Part shown: piece by piece, positions 21,685 through 31,337 of the stretch
Numbering within the stretch: position 1 is the first letter of the stretch
Layout: each line of letters starts with the position of its first letter
DNA from: Escherichia coli
GTDB lineage: Bacteria > Pseudomonadota > Gammaproteobacteria > Enterobacterales > Enterobacteriaceae
Assembly: GCF_013122565.1 (NCBI RefSeq)
Contig: NZ_CP053258.1
Reading direction: 5' to 3' (one strand)
Length of the DNA stretch: 64,000 nt
Position numbers and translations under genes: made by a program
The notes under the pieces: model-generated
What the model saw: only the letters and a program-made list of their open reading frames with translations
Told to the model about the DNA's origin: nothing
Databases searched by the model: none

Positions 21685-22683
21685 TTATTTCTCCCTATGG
21701 CTAACGCGTTGCCCGCCTGCGTCGACATAATCACAACTTAAATGCCAGCACATTTCATATAACCACTGCATGACCAGAAATAAATTGTTGGACTCACTGG
21801 CGTCAGGTATAAAACTGATTAATTCTGCTGTCGCTCCCTGTTCAACAATTGCTTTTTGGGTTGCAAGGTAAAATGGGGACTCGCAGGATGTGGCTGGTAG
21901 TAAAATATAATGCTGACCGACACCAGCCTGATGTAAGCGTAATGAATGATAAAATTCTTCCAGTGGAAGGGCTGTCGCACGAATCTGTGGGCCGCAAGAA
22001 AGTAAATTGCTCCCCGATATTGCCAGTCCCCAACTTAAGCCACTCCCAAGAAACGTTATCTCTTTTTGTTGGTAAAAATGGCGCTTCTTTTGCTGCCAGT
22101 GCTGATTAATCTGGCTAAATTTCCCTTCCAAATCCTCTTCAATCTGCAGTGGTGTTAAGCCTGGACATAATTTTTGCGCTAAGCGCAGGAGGGCATAAAG
22201 TGTGACGCTACTACTTTGCGTTGGAATACCCTGCTTATTCGCCCATGTATAGAGCATGTTTTCTGTTATTGCGCAAAATGGTGTTCCAGGGCAATTCGTC
22301 ACACCCAGCACTTGCGCGTTTGAGCATACTGCGTGGCAGAGGGCGTCAACGGTCATTGATGGTCTGCCACTTGCACTGAGAATAATGATTAACGTTTCTT
22401 TCTGATAACGGGTTAAATCAGTCTGAAGGAAATCCCACGTTTGCAATGCGTAACAAAACAGATGTGTGTATTTCCCCAGCCAGGCGGCGGCACATAGTGC
22501 CACCGTCCAGGAGTCGCCCGATCCCACTATACAGACGCGTTCAACAGCACGTTTATCGAGCTGAAAAGTAGAAAAACATTCACCCCAGATAGCTGCCAAA
22601 TGGCGTAACGATGCCGCGGTAGCATTTATTTCCTCACGAGTTTGCGCTAATGGCATAACAGGAGTACGGGCTGGCATGTTCAT
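21685..22683 (-). CDS. SIS-domain sugar-phosphate isomerase/deglycase-like protein
   Basis: 332-aa ORF; SIS motifs (VGSGDSW, SASGRPS); start codon overlaps the stop of the upstream gene by 1 nt. Confidence 0.7.
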   Translation of the reverse strand: MNMPARTPVMPLAQTREEINATAASLRHLAAIWGECFSTFQLDKRAVERVCIVGSGDSWTVALCAAAWLGKYTHLFCYALQTWDFLQTDLTRYQKETLIIILSASGRPSMTVDALCHAVCSNAQVLGVTNCPGTPFCAITENMLYTWANKQGIPTQSSSVTLYALLRLAQKLCPGLTPLQIEEDLEGKFSQINQHWQQKKRHFYQQKEITFLGSGLSWGLAISGSNLLSCGPQIRATALPLEEFYHSLRLHQAGVGQHYILLPATSCESPFYLATQKAIVEQGATAELISFIPDASESNNLFLVMQWLYEMCWHLSCDYVDAGGQRVSHREK

Positions 22684-23759
22684 TATTTCTCCTGTGCCTG
22701 TAATGCAAGCAATGTCAGACCCGATGCGATCGCTTCAATATCGAAATCTTTATTATTTACGGCGCGGAAAAAGGCATATTTATCTTCAGGGAGCGCATCA
22801 AAACCGCGCCATGCCCCTGCAATTGCGCCTGCCATCGTAGCGATGCTATCGGTGTCATTGCCAATATTGGCGCAGGCATGAATGGTTTCCCAGGGTTCTC
22901 CTTTGCAGTACAGCAATAGACCGATTGCCGCAGGAATGGATTCATGGGCGGCAACAGAGTTACCAACCAAACCTTCCATTTCTCGCAGACAAGACTCCAG
23001 GTCATTGGCTCGTCTGGCGATGTCCGCTGCAAGTTGGATGCGCATGGCGATAGATGGCCCTGCGACACATCGTGCATATTGTTTGGCCAGGCGTTCGCCG
23101 TAATTCGCTCCCCAGATTGCGGCGTCCAGTAATGATGTGAGCGAGGCTTCTGGTAACATAGCTTGTGATGTCGCCGCAGCGATGGCGCAAGCGCTGGCAA
23201 TCGCAATATTGGTGTCATGCGAAGGTAGGCAAGTTATTAGCGCCAGGTGACACGCTTTTTCTTTCTTGCCTGGCCAGATCAATCCTGCCGGGGCTACACG
23301 CATTCCTGCGCCGTTCGTGGTGCCGACATTGGGTGCCTGACGAGAAGATGTTCCAATACGCCCAATGGTGTTTGTTGGTCTACCTTCTTTTAGTGCCTTG
23401 ACGATTTGTTCTGTTGTGGGGCCTTTATAATTTGCGTAGGGCTGCATATCGGCCCAACGCAGAAGACAAGCTAACCAGTCATTATTGGTGAAGTTATCAA
23501 ATCCAGCCTCAATTAACCCTTCTGAAAATACATACATTTGGCTGGAATCGTCGGTAATAAGTCCCGCAATACCATTTAATGAGCCAGCAAAGGTATCGGC
23601 AGGAGGAGAAACAAAGGCATTTAAAAAACCTCCCCATTGCGCTTTTATTTCATCAATGCTGTAGAGTTCAGTCGCTGCGCCTAATGCATCGCCCATACCC
23701 GCGCAGGCTAAAGAACCTAATATTTTGTTATAAATTACGGCTTGTTCTATTTTGTTCAC
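22683..23759 (-). CDS. ADP-ribosylglycohydrolase-family protein
   Basis: 358-aa ORF; N-terminal GMGDALGAATE and C-terminal GNDTDSIATMAG motifs typical of the family. Confidence 0.75.
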   Translation of the reverse strand: MNKIEQAVIYNKILGSLACAGMGDALGAATELYSIDEIKAQWGGFLNAFVSPPADTFAGSLNGIAGLITDDSSQMYVFSEGLIEAGFDNFTNNDWLACLLRWADMQPYANYKGPTTEQIVKALKEGRPTNTIGRIGTSSRQAPNVGTTNGAGMRVAPAGLIWPGKKEKACHLALITCLPSHDTNIAIASACAIAAATSQAMLPEASLTSLLDAAIWGANYGERLAKQYARCVAGPSIAMRIQLAADIARRANDLESCLREMEGLVGNSVAAHESIPAAIGLLLYCKGEPWETIHACANIGNDTDSIATMAGAIAGAWRGFDALPEDKYAFFRAVNNKDFDIEAIASGLTLLALQAQEK

Positions 23760-23772
23760 AATATTCTCTCTG

Positions 23773-24525
23773 TTACACGCTAAAACTGTCTTTTGTAATT
23801 CGTGCTTTGTAGGAGTACCGACTTGCGGGATAAACCATCTCTACATACTCCATTGGTTTGCGTTCCACGGATAACGTGACGCGGGTACAACTTAATACGA
23901 CGTCATCGGCAGTCAGTTCCAGTAATTGACGCTCAAGAGGCGAGGGAAGTCGGGCAGAGATAATTTCCGTTGCTTCTAAAGGTTTAATAGCGAGTTTTTC
24001 TTCCAGTAAAATATAGAGGGAACCCGTCGCCAGCAGCTCTTCCTGAGTTATTTCTTGTCCGTCATTTAACGCAAGCCATGATGTCTGAATACCCAGCGGC
24101 GTACTTCCCATATAGCGAATGCGTTTTATACAGAAAACGGTATGGACATGGATATCAAGTTCGAGATTTTTTCTGATAATATCACTTAGAGGAATATAAC
24201 CTATTTCAAGAATATTCTGTGCAGGTACGCCGCCACGAGCCTTAATGTCATCAGTAAAACTATGTAATAAATGATTTTCCCGACTGCGAGCCGGTAATGT
24301 AAATGTTCCTTGCCCGTGGACACTATGCAGGTATCCGCGTTGTTTCAAACTTTCTATTGCTTTCCGAATTGTTGTTCTGCTGCTTAAAAAATGTTCAGCA
24401 AGTTCTCTTTCTGTTGGTATAGCTTTGCCTTCTTTCCATTCACCGTTATCAATCTTTTTCTTTATTTCATCAAAAATTTCACGATGCTTAAGCTGACCTT
24501 TACTGGCTTTATAAATTCTTATCAT
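23773..24525 (-). CDS. GntR/HutC-family transcriptional regulator (winged-HTH + UTRA domain)
   Basis: 250-aa ORF; N-terminal HTH (PTERELAEHFLSSRTTIRKAIESL); first gene of the minus-strand cluster, divergent from the transporter. Confidence 0.8.
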   Translation of the reverse strand: MIRIYKASKGQLKHREIFDEIKKKIDNGEWKEGKAIPTERELAEHFLSSRTTIRKAIESLKQRGYLHSVHGQGTFTLPARSRENHLLHSFTDDIKARGGVPAQNILEIGYIPLSDIIRKNLELDIHVHTVFCIKRIRYMGSTPLGIQTSWLALNDGQEITQEELLATGSLYILLEEKLAIKPLEATEIISARLPSPLERQLLELTADDVVLSCTRVTLSVERKPMEYVEMVYPASRYSYKARITKDSFSV

Positions 24526-24707
24526 GACAAAGCCTCATTTCAAGTGGTTGATACCAACTCTACATTCTTTTATTTTTATTGCGCAGTATGCTTCTTTGTT
24601 ATCTGTGATATAAAACAGAAAAAACCACATTTATTATTAAAAATCATTCAGTTAAATGAGATTGGTTTTTATGTGATGCTGCTCAATATTAACTCAGTGG
24701 TTTGTTG

Positions 24708-24719
24708 TGGTATCTACCA
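24708..24719. promoter_or_regulatory. Palindrome TGGTATCTACCA in the divergent promoter region; candidate GntR/HutC operator
   Basis: Perfect inverted repeat TGGTA-tc-TACCA between the regulator and transporter genes. Confidence 0.4.
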
Positions 24720-24811
24720 ATGCATTTATTCTCACTCGTAAAGTTATGTGCTGAATGAGTTCCGATACATTTGTTTTTAATATAATTTCACGTGATCAAT
24801 GAGTGCTGTGT

Positions 24812-26143
24812 ATGAAACTGACAATAAATGAAAAGATAGGTTTTGGTGCCGGTGATATGGCTATTGCGATAGTAATGATGTCTTTAGCCATGATCATCAC
24901 TTATTTTTACACGGATGTATTTGGTCTGAAACCCGTCGACTTAGGTATTCTGTTATTTTCTGTACGTATCCTTGATGCTGTGATTGATCCAGTTGTGGGA
25001 ACAATGACAGACAGAACGAATACACGTTGGGGAAAATATCGGCCGTGGTTGCTTTTTATGTCAATACCGTTTGGGATAAGCATTTGGTTGATGTTCACCA
25101 CACCTGATACCGATTATTCAGTTAAGCTTTTATGGGCCTGGGCTACCTATGTGTTACTTACCTTGACCTATACGTTAATCGCTATTCCTTATGTTTCATT
25201 AATCAGCGTTATCACGGATGATCCACAAGAGCGATTGAGCGCCAATGGTTATCGTTTTGTTATGACAAAAATTGCCATGTTCGCCGTAACAATTATTGTT
25301 CCTTTATCTGCAATGTATCTTGGGAAGAATAACGTACAACTGGGTTATCAAATAGCAATGGGGGCAATGGGAATTCTGGCAACGTGTTTATGCCTGTATT
25401 GTTTTTTTAGCGTGAGAGAGCGCATCTACCATCCAAAACCCAGTCTCGGTATGGCCGCGCAGTTTCGGTTACTGATCAAAAATGATCAATGGCTCATTTT
25501 GGGCGCTGTAATTGCGATCATTATGTTTGGCGGGATTATTCGTAACTCTGTCGCTGCATATTATGCAAAATATTACCTGAATGGTGGGGATGCTTTAATT
25601 TCACCGTTTTTAACTTCAGGCGTGATCGCCTCTGTTCTGGCTATGATCGCTTGTACCTGGCTTACTCGACTCTACGACAAAATAAAAATATTTCGTTATA
25701 CCCAATTACTGGCGTTCGTGGTGGGTGGTGCGATGTATTTCGTGCAACCAAATTCTATAGTGTTAGCTTTTACATTTTATATTGTGGTGACCTTCCTGAC
25801 GGATATTCAGCTTCCCATTTATTGGGCATCCATTGCTGAGTCCGTGGATTACGGTGAAATGAAAACGGGGCAACGTGTTTCTGGCCTGGCATTTGGCGGG
25901 ATTCTCTTTTTCCAAAAGTTCGGTATGGGGCTGGCAGGGGGCTTTATCGGAATCGCTTTAGCCTATTTGGATTATCAACCTGGTGTAGAACAAACACCAC
26001 AGGCGCTGTGGGGGATCTGCCTGTTAATGACGATCATTCCCGCGATACTTAACCTGATTACCGGACTCATCATGCGATTTTATCTGATTAATAATGAATT
26101 TTACGAACAGATTAAAGCACGGTTACAGACGGCGGAAGAGTGA
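24812..26143 (+). CDS. GPH-family (glycoside-pentoside-hexuronide) cation symporter
   Basis: ORF 24803-26143 with about 12 predicted transmembrane helices; N-terminal GxGxGD and RWGKYRPW motifs typical of MelB/YicJ-like transporters; start uncertain. Confidence 0.75.
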   Translation: MKLTINEKIGFGAGDMAIAIVMMSLAMIITYFYTDVFGLKPVDLGILLFSVRILDAVIDPVVGTMTDRTNTRWGKYRPWLLFMSIPFGISIWLMFTTPDTDYSVKLLWAWATYVLLTLTYTLIAIPYVSLISVITDDPQERLSANGYRFVMTKIAMFAVTIIVPLSAMYLGKNNVQLGYQIAMGAMGILATCLCLYCFFSVRERIYHPKPSLGMAAQFRLLIKNDQWLILGAVIAIIMFGGIIRNSVAAYYAKYYLNGGDALISPFLTSGVIASVLAMIACTWLTRLYDKIKIFRYTQLLAFVVGGAMYFVQPNSIVLAFTFYIVVTFLTDIQLPIYWASIAESVDYGEMKTGQRVSGLAFGGILFFQKFGMGLAGGFIGIALAYLDYQPGVEQTPQALWGICLLMTIIPAILNLITGLIMRFYLINNEFYEQIKARLQTAEE

Positions 26144-26186
26144 ATATAAATGGCCGGCAAACAGCACCGGCCTCTTTTCAGGAATG

Positions 26187-26501
26187 TTAAATCCCTGGCT
26201 GCAGAATACGAATATTCATCTCCAGCACGTCACCTTTTACGGCTTCGCTATACGCCTTCATGTGCGGGGTTTGCAGATGCGCTTCAAGATGCGCGATGCT
26301 TTCCCACTGCTCTATCATCACGATAGAATCCGGTGCCATAGACTGGAAACTCACGCCAGCAGCGCAATCCACCATTGGCGCATAGCCGTGGCAACCTTCT
26401 TCTTTCAGTACGGTTGGAACGATTTTAGCAAACTGATCCAATACCGCCTGACGGTGATGTTGACCAGGACGAGTACGGATTTCTGCGATTACGGTAAGCA
26501 T
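26187..26501 (-). CDS. ygiN: Quinol monooxygenase
   Basis: 104-aa ORF (MLTVIAEIRTRPG...) downstream of mdaB. Confidence 0.9.
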   Translation of the reverse strand: MLTVIAEIRTRPGQHHRQAVLDQFAKIVPTVLKEEGCHGYAPMVDCAAGVSFQSMAPDSIVMIEQWESIAHLEAHLQTPHMKAYSEAVKGDVLEMNIRILQPGI

Positions 26502-26531
26502 GGTTAACTCCTTCTAAAGCCTGAGCTCTAG

Positions 26532-27113
26532 TTAACCAAAAATTTCCACAAGATGCTTGCGATATTCTTCAGTATAGCGGGGAACATCAGGCATTTTTAT
26601 CACGTCATTAGCGATAAATGTCGGCAGCGGTTCCATGCCAAGGAATTGGTTTGCTTTATGGAACGGCAGATACACACCGTCAACGCCAACGCCGTGGAAG
26701 AACTGATCTTTTTCGGTGAAGGCTTCCATTGGTGCGTTCCAGGTCAGAGAGAGCATATATTTTTTTCCCTGTACCAGGCCGCCGGAACCGTATTTTTTCG
26801 ACGGATCTTTGCGGGTACGACCATCGCTGGCATACAGCGTGCCGTGACCTTCGGTGAATACATCATCAATGTATTTTTTCACTGTCCACGGCGCGCCCAT
26901 CCACCAGCCTGGCATCTGCCAGATCACCACATCAGCCCAGAGAAAGTTTTGTACTTCCGCTTTGACATCGTAGTCGCTGTCGGCGCGAACGATGCGGACA
27001 TCATGCCCGAGGTCGCGCAGTGTGCCATCCGCGACTTCGGTCAGGGTGTCGTTCAGTTGACCATTGGAGTGGGCGAATTTTTTCGCGCCGTTGATAATCA
27101 GGATGTTGCTCAT
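26532..27113 (-). CDS. mdaB: NADPH:quinone oxidoreductase MdaB
   Basis: 193-aa flavodoxin-like ORF (MSNILIINGAKKF...). Confidence 0.9.
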   Translation of the reverse strand: MSNILIINGAKKFAHSNGQLNDTLTEVADGTLRDLGHDVRIVRADSDYDVKAEVQNFLWADVVIWQMPGWWMGAPWTVKKYIDDVFTEGHGTLYASDGRTRKDPSKKYGSGGLVQGKKYMLSLTWNAPMEAFTEKDQFFHGVGVDGVYLPFHKANQFLGMEPLPTFIANDVIKMPDVPRYTEEYRKHLVEIFG

Positions 27114-27222
27114 TTTTTAACCTCAAGGTGAGACGTTTTCCGACTATAGTACGTCACAGAGCGGTACGGTGAAATTAGCAAAATGTGCAAAGTCTTTTGC
27201 GAATTTAGCAAAAATCTTACCC

Positions 27223-28572
27223 TTACCAGCTTACCTTCGCCTCAAATCCACCTTGTTTCGCATTCCCAAATTCAACATTCATGCCATGCAATTTGGCGAT
27301 TCGCTGGACAATCGATAGCCCAAGCCCGCTGCCGGTAGCGGTTTGTCCGGGTGGGCGATAGAAGCGTTCGCCAATTCTCGCCAGTGCCTCTGGTGTCACA
27401 CCGGGGCCGTTATCCCTCACGATGAAATTATCAGCATTCAGCGTGACGTCTACCACGCTGCCCTGTGGACTGTAGCGCACGGCGTTATCCAGCAAATTTC
27501 GCACCAACAAACTTAGCAATAGCGGTTGTCCGGTGCGTTTGATGCCGTGGGCATTGAGTGTCAGTCGCACGTCAATTTTCGCCTGCTGCGCCGTGTGGTA
27601 AATATCCATCACCGACGATTGCAGGAGATCTTCAAGCGGGATCTCCGCGACGTCCTGAAGGTTATCCAGTGAGTCCAGCCGCGATAGCGTGAGCAGTTGA
27701 TCAACCAGACGAGTAGCGCGATCGATCCCGGAATGTAATTGAAGCAGTGCTTTTTTCCGCGCCTGCGGATCATCGTCAGAGAGCTGCGCAACTTCGGTTT
27801 GCACTTTCAGCGCTGTTAACGGGCTACGAAGTTCGTGAGCTGCGTCGGAGGTAAAGCGTCGTTCACGAACCATCATCGCATGTGTGCGGGCGAACAGTTG
27901 ATTTAGCGACTCAACCAACGGACGCACTTCGCTGGGTACGCCAGTCGCGTTTAGTGGTTTTTCCGAGTCAGGGTCACGCATACGTAGCGCCAGCGCCAGC
28001 TTGTTCAGCGGCGCGAGTTCACGACCCAGTAGTACCATCATGATGATTAACATAATCGGCAGTGCGACCAGCCACGGGAGCAATTGCCCGGTAACAATCG
28101 CCAGCGCCATGTCTTCACGGTATTCCCATTCCTGACCAACAACGATGCGATATTTGCCATCAGGTGAGGTCATCCAGACAAAACGCCATTGATCTTTATC
28201 GCCCACCAGTTGCCCGTCAGCAAAACCTTCCCGTTGATAGCTATAGGGAATATCTTCTCCGTTATCGCCATCGTTAAGGACCATTCTGCCGTCGTGGGTA
28301 AAGATGGCAAAGGTCAGCGCATCGTCATCAACATGACCGTGTTTTAATTTATTTGGCGTCTGTGCCATGCGATCCGCCGCGTTGATTTCGTTGAGATCGA
28401 GCGTACTTAACCGCTTGGCAAACAGCATCAGTTGGGTGTCGAACAACTCATCGACGTTATCCGTTGTTTGTTTCCAGGCGACAAAGCTGGAAAGCAGCCA
28501 GGTCACCGAGGCCAGAATTAAAAAGATTAGCGTCAGCCTGACACGCAGACTAAGACGTTGGGTAAATTTCAT
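27223..28572 (-). CDS. qseC: Sensor histidine kinase QseC
   Basis: 449-aa ORF; two transmembrane segments, H-box HELRSPL, ATPase domain; overlaps qseB by 4 nt. Confidence 0.9.
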   Translation of the reverse strand: MKFTQRLSLRVRLTLIFLILASVTWLLSSFVAWKQTTDNVDELFDTQLMLFAKRLSTLDLNEINAADRMAQTPNKLKHGHVDDDALTFAIFTHDGRMVLNDGDNGEDIPYSYQREGFADGQLVGDKDQWRFVWMTSPDGKYRIVVGQEWEYREDMALAIVTGQLLPWLVALPIMLIIMMVLLGRELAPLNKLALALRMRDPDSEKPLNATGVPSEVRPLVESLNQLFARTHAMMVRERRFTSDAAHELRSPLTALKVQTEVAQLSDDDPQARKKALLQLHSGIDRATRLVDQLLTLSRLDSLDNLQDVAEIPLEDLLQSSVMDIYHTAQQAKIDVRLTLNAHGIKRTGQPLLLSLLVRNLLDNAVRYSPQGSVVDVTLNADNFIVRDNGPGVTPEALARIGERFYRPPGQTATGSGLGLSIVQRIAKLHGMNVEFGNAKQGGFEAKVSW

Positions 28573-29228
28573 TTCTCACCTAATGTGTAGCCAATACCAT
28601 GCACGGTACGAATAAAATCACTGCCGAGTTTGCGTCGCAGATGATGCACATGCACTTCAACGGCATTACTGGTGACCTCTTCGTCCCAGGTATACAGTTT
28701 CTCTTCAATCAGTTTGCGCGGCAGTACCCGACCAGCGTTACGCATCAGTAATTCCAGCAGAGCAAATTCTTTTGGTTTCAGTATTAAGGGTTCGCCAGCC
28801 AGCGTGGCGATACGTTTGCCGGGGTCGAGCATGACGTTACCGTGGCGCAGTTCGTTGCTGGCCTGGCCGTTGGTTCGGCGCATCAGAGCTTCCAGCCTGG
28901 CGGCGACTTCTATCAACGCAAAAGGTTTACACAGATAATCGTCAGCTCCCAGACGCAGCCCCTCAACACGTTCCGCTAACGCATCGCGCGCGGTCAGGAT
29001 CAGTACCGGCTCACGCTGACCTTTTTCTCGCCATTCGCGCAAAATATCGCGACCATCCATGCCTGGTAAGGTTAAATCCAGGATCACCGCATCATAAGGC
29101 GCACTATATAGCGCCTCTTTTCCCTGACGACCTTGTGTAAACCAGTCGACGCTAAAACCCATTTTACCAAGGCCAGTTTTGATGCCGTCGCCAATCAGCA
29201 TGTCATCTTCTATCAGTAAAATTCGCAT
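28569..29228 (-). CDS. qseB: Response regulator QseB (OmpR family)
   Basis: 219-aa ORF; receiver domain (MRILLIEDD...DLTLPGMDG) and winged-helix output domain. Confidence 0.9.
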   Translation of the reverse strand: MRILLIEDDMLIGDGIKTGLGKMGFSVDWFTQGRQGKEALYSAPYDAVILDLTLPGMDGRDILREWREKGQREPVLILTARDALAERVEGLRLGADDYLCKPFALIEVAARLEALMRRTNGQASNELRHGNVMLDPGKRIATLAGEPLILKPKEFALLELLMRNAGRVLPRKLIEEKLYTWDEEVTSNAVEVHVHHLRRKLGSDFIRTVHGIGYTLGEK

Positions 29229-29379
29229 TTTTTCATCCCTGCGATAACCGTATTTGCTGCCAGTAAACCGTGTTGTAACGCGCTCTGTACAGCATTAAAT
29301 TTTATTTTTTTCCCTTAAGAAGTTGTTAAGGACTATCTTGTTAAATGCTCGGAAACAGACATTAAAGGGAGTAATAAAC

Positions 29380-29772
29380 ATGAAAAAATTCGCAGCAGTA
29401 ATCGCAGTAATGGCCCTGTGCAGCGCACCGGTGATGGCAGCAGAGCAGGGCGGTTTTTCTGGCCCATCGGCAACGCAAAGTCAGGCTGGAGGATTCCAGG
29501 GGCCGAACGGCAGCGTAACGACCGTAGAAAGCGCAAAATCCCTGCGTGACGACACCTGGGTAACCCTGCGCGGCAATATCGTTGAACGCATCTCTGACGA
29601 TCTCTACGTGTTCAAAGATGCCAGCGGTACTATCAATGTTGATATCGACCACAAACGCTGGAACGGCGTGACGGTGACGCCGAAAGATACGGTTGAGATC
29701 CAGGGGGAAGTCGATAAAGACTGGAATTCTGTTGAAATTGACGTAAAACAGATCCGCAAAGTAAATCCGTAA
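29380..29772 (+). CDS. ygiW: Periplasmic BOF (OB-fold) family protein YgiW
   Basis: ORF 29323-29772; start placed at MKKFAAVIAVMALCSAPVMA signal peptide (130 aa). Confidence 0.85.
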   Translation: MKKFAAVIAVMALCSAPVMAAEQGGFSGPSATQSQAGGFQGPNGSVTTVESAKSLRDDTWVTLRGNIVERISDDLYVFKDASGTINVDIDHKRWNGVTVTPKDTVEIQGEVDKDWNSVEIDVKQIRKVNP

Positions 29773-29824
29773 TTGTTACCGCTCCCGGGACGCGTTCCCG
29801 GGAATAATTTCGCAGGGAGGCAAA

Positions 29825-30307
29825 ATGACAAACCTGACACTGGATGTAAACATTATCGATTTCCCATCAATCCCTGTGGCGATGTTGCCGCACCGCTGTA
29901 GCCCTGAATTGCTCAACTACAGCGTGGCGAAATTTATCATGTGGCGTAAAGAGACGGGGCTTTCTCCTGTTGACCAAAGCCAGACTTTTGGCGTCGCCTG
30001 GGACGACCCTGCCACCACCGCACCGGAAGCGTTTCGCTTTGATATCTGCGGCAGCGTTAGCGAACCGATTCCCGATAATCGTTATGGTGTGAGTAATGGT
30101 GAACTTACCGGTGGACGTTATGCCGTGGCCCGCCACGTTGGCGAGCTGGACGATATTTCACACACGATATGGTGCATCATTCGCCACTGGCTGCCTGCAA
30201 GCGGCGAGAAAATGCGTAAAGCACCGATTCTGTTTCACTACACCAATCTTGCCGAAGGGGTGACAGAGCAGCGACTGGAAACGGATGTTTATGTGCCGTT
30301 GGCGTGA
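29825..30307 (+). CDS. ygiV: GyrI-like small-molecule-binding protein YgiV
   Basis: 160-aa ORF following ygiW. Confidence 0.8.
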   Translation: MTNLTLDVNIIDFPSIPVAMLPHRCSPELLNYSVAKFIMWRKETGLSPVDQSQTFGVAWDDPATTAPEAFRFDICGSVSEPIPDNRYGVSNGELTGGRYAVARHVGELDDISHTIWCIIRHWLPASGEKMRKAPILFHYTNLAEGVTEQRLETDVYVPLA

Positions 30308-30437
30308 TGCCTGACTCCAGCTTCCCTTATAAATTCCTGCTTCAAACTGGCGCTACTAATGCGCCACTTTCTTATATGGTCAATCACTTTCCTTAAAGAA
30401 TACGTTTTGTGTGGTCACTATCTCCGTACATCTAACT

Positions 30438-30481
30438 AACCTTTTAGGTGCTTTTTCATTGCTGTAATTAACCTTTTAGGT
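30438..30481. promoter_or_regulatory. Two AACCTTTTAGGT palindromes (30438-30449 and 30470-30481): MqsA operator sites in the mqsRA promoter
   Basis: Two perfect ACCT-n4-AGGT palindromes about 20 bp apart, 30-70 bp upstream of mqsR. Confidence 0.75.
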
Positions 30482-30511
30482 TATAACTAAAGTAACAGGG
30501 AGGCGGGGGTT

Positions 30512-30808
30512 ATGGAAAAACGCACACCACATACACGTTTGAGTCAGGTTAAAAAACTTGTCAATGCCGGGCAAGTTCGTACAACACGTAGTGCACTGTT
30601 AAATGCAGATGAGTTAGGTTTGGATTTTGATGGTATGTGTAATGTTATCATTGGATTATCAGAGAACGACTTTTATAAAAGCATGACCACCTACTCTGAT
30701 CATACTATCTGGCAGGATGTTTACAGACCCAGGCTTGTTACAGGCCAGGTTTATCTTAAAATTACGGTAATTCATGACGTACTGATCGTCTCATTTAAGG
30801 AGAAGTAA
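30512..30808 (+). CDS. mqsR: Type II toxin MqsR (mRNA interferase)
   Basis: 98-aa ORF MEKRTPHTRLSQVKKLV...; immediately precedes mqsA. Confidence 0.9.
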   Translation: MEKRTPHTRLSQVKKLVNAGQVRTTRSALLNADELGLDFDGMCNVIIGLSENDFYKSMTTYSDHTIWQDVYRPRLVTGQVYLKITVIHDVLIVSFKEK

Positions 30809-30809
30809 T

Positions 30810-31205
30810 ATGAAATGTCCGGTTTGCCACCAGGGAGAAATGGTTTCTGGCATTAAAGATATTCCATACACCTTCCGTGGACGAAAAACAGTATTGAAAG
30901 GTATCCACGGTTTATATTGTGTCCATTGCGAAGAGAGCATCATGAATAAAGAAGAGTCAGATGCTTTCATGGCGCAAGTAAAGGCATTTCGGGCTTCGGT
31001 GAATGCCGAAACAGTGGCACCTGAATTTATAGTGAAGGTTCGAAAAAAGCTCTCTCTTACACAAAAAGAGGCAAGCGAAATTTTTGGGGGAGGTGTAAAT
31101 GCGTTTTCGCGTTACGAAAAAGGCAATGCCCAACCTCATCCTTCCACAATCAAACTTTTACGTGTTCTGGATAAGCATCCAGAACTATTAAATGAAATCC
31201 GTTAA
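30810..31205 (+). CDS. mqsA: Antitoxin MqsA (zinc-ribbon + HTH-XRE)
   Basis: 131-aa ORF; N-terminal CxxC...CxxC zinc ribbon; C-terminal HTH; starts 2 nt after the mqsR stop. Confidence 0.9.
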   Translation: MKCPVCHQGEMVSGIKDIPYTFRGRKTVLKGIHGLYCVHCEESIMNKEESDAFMAQVKAFRASVNAETVAPEFIVKVRKKLSLTQKEASEIFGGGVNAFSRYEKGNAQPHPSTIKLLRVLDKHPELLNEIR

Positions 31206-31337
31206 TTAATGGAAAAGCGGGGGCAACTCGCTTTTTTCTTTACCGGAGTGTGAGCCAAATCACTCGTGATAAGTTTGAGCAAACAATGCCACAGGCGTAT
31301 TGTTGTCGGGCTTATAATTTCTCCGGTAAGGAATACC

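Noticed and set aside
17893-26186. The parE-ygiN islet as a prophage, integrative element or defence island
   Set aside because: No integrase, transposase, tRNA attachment site, flanking direct repeat, or nuclease/helicase/methyltransferase-type genes; the content is coherent with a transport and catabolic function.
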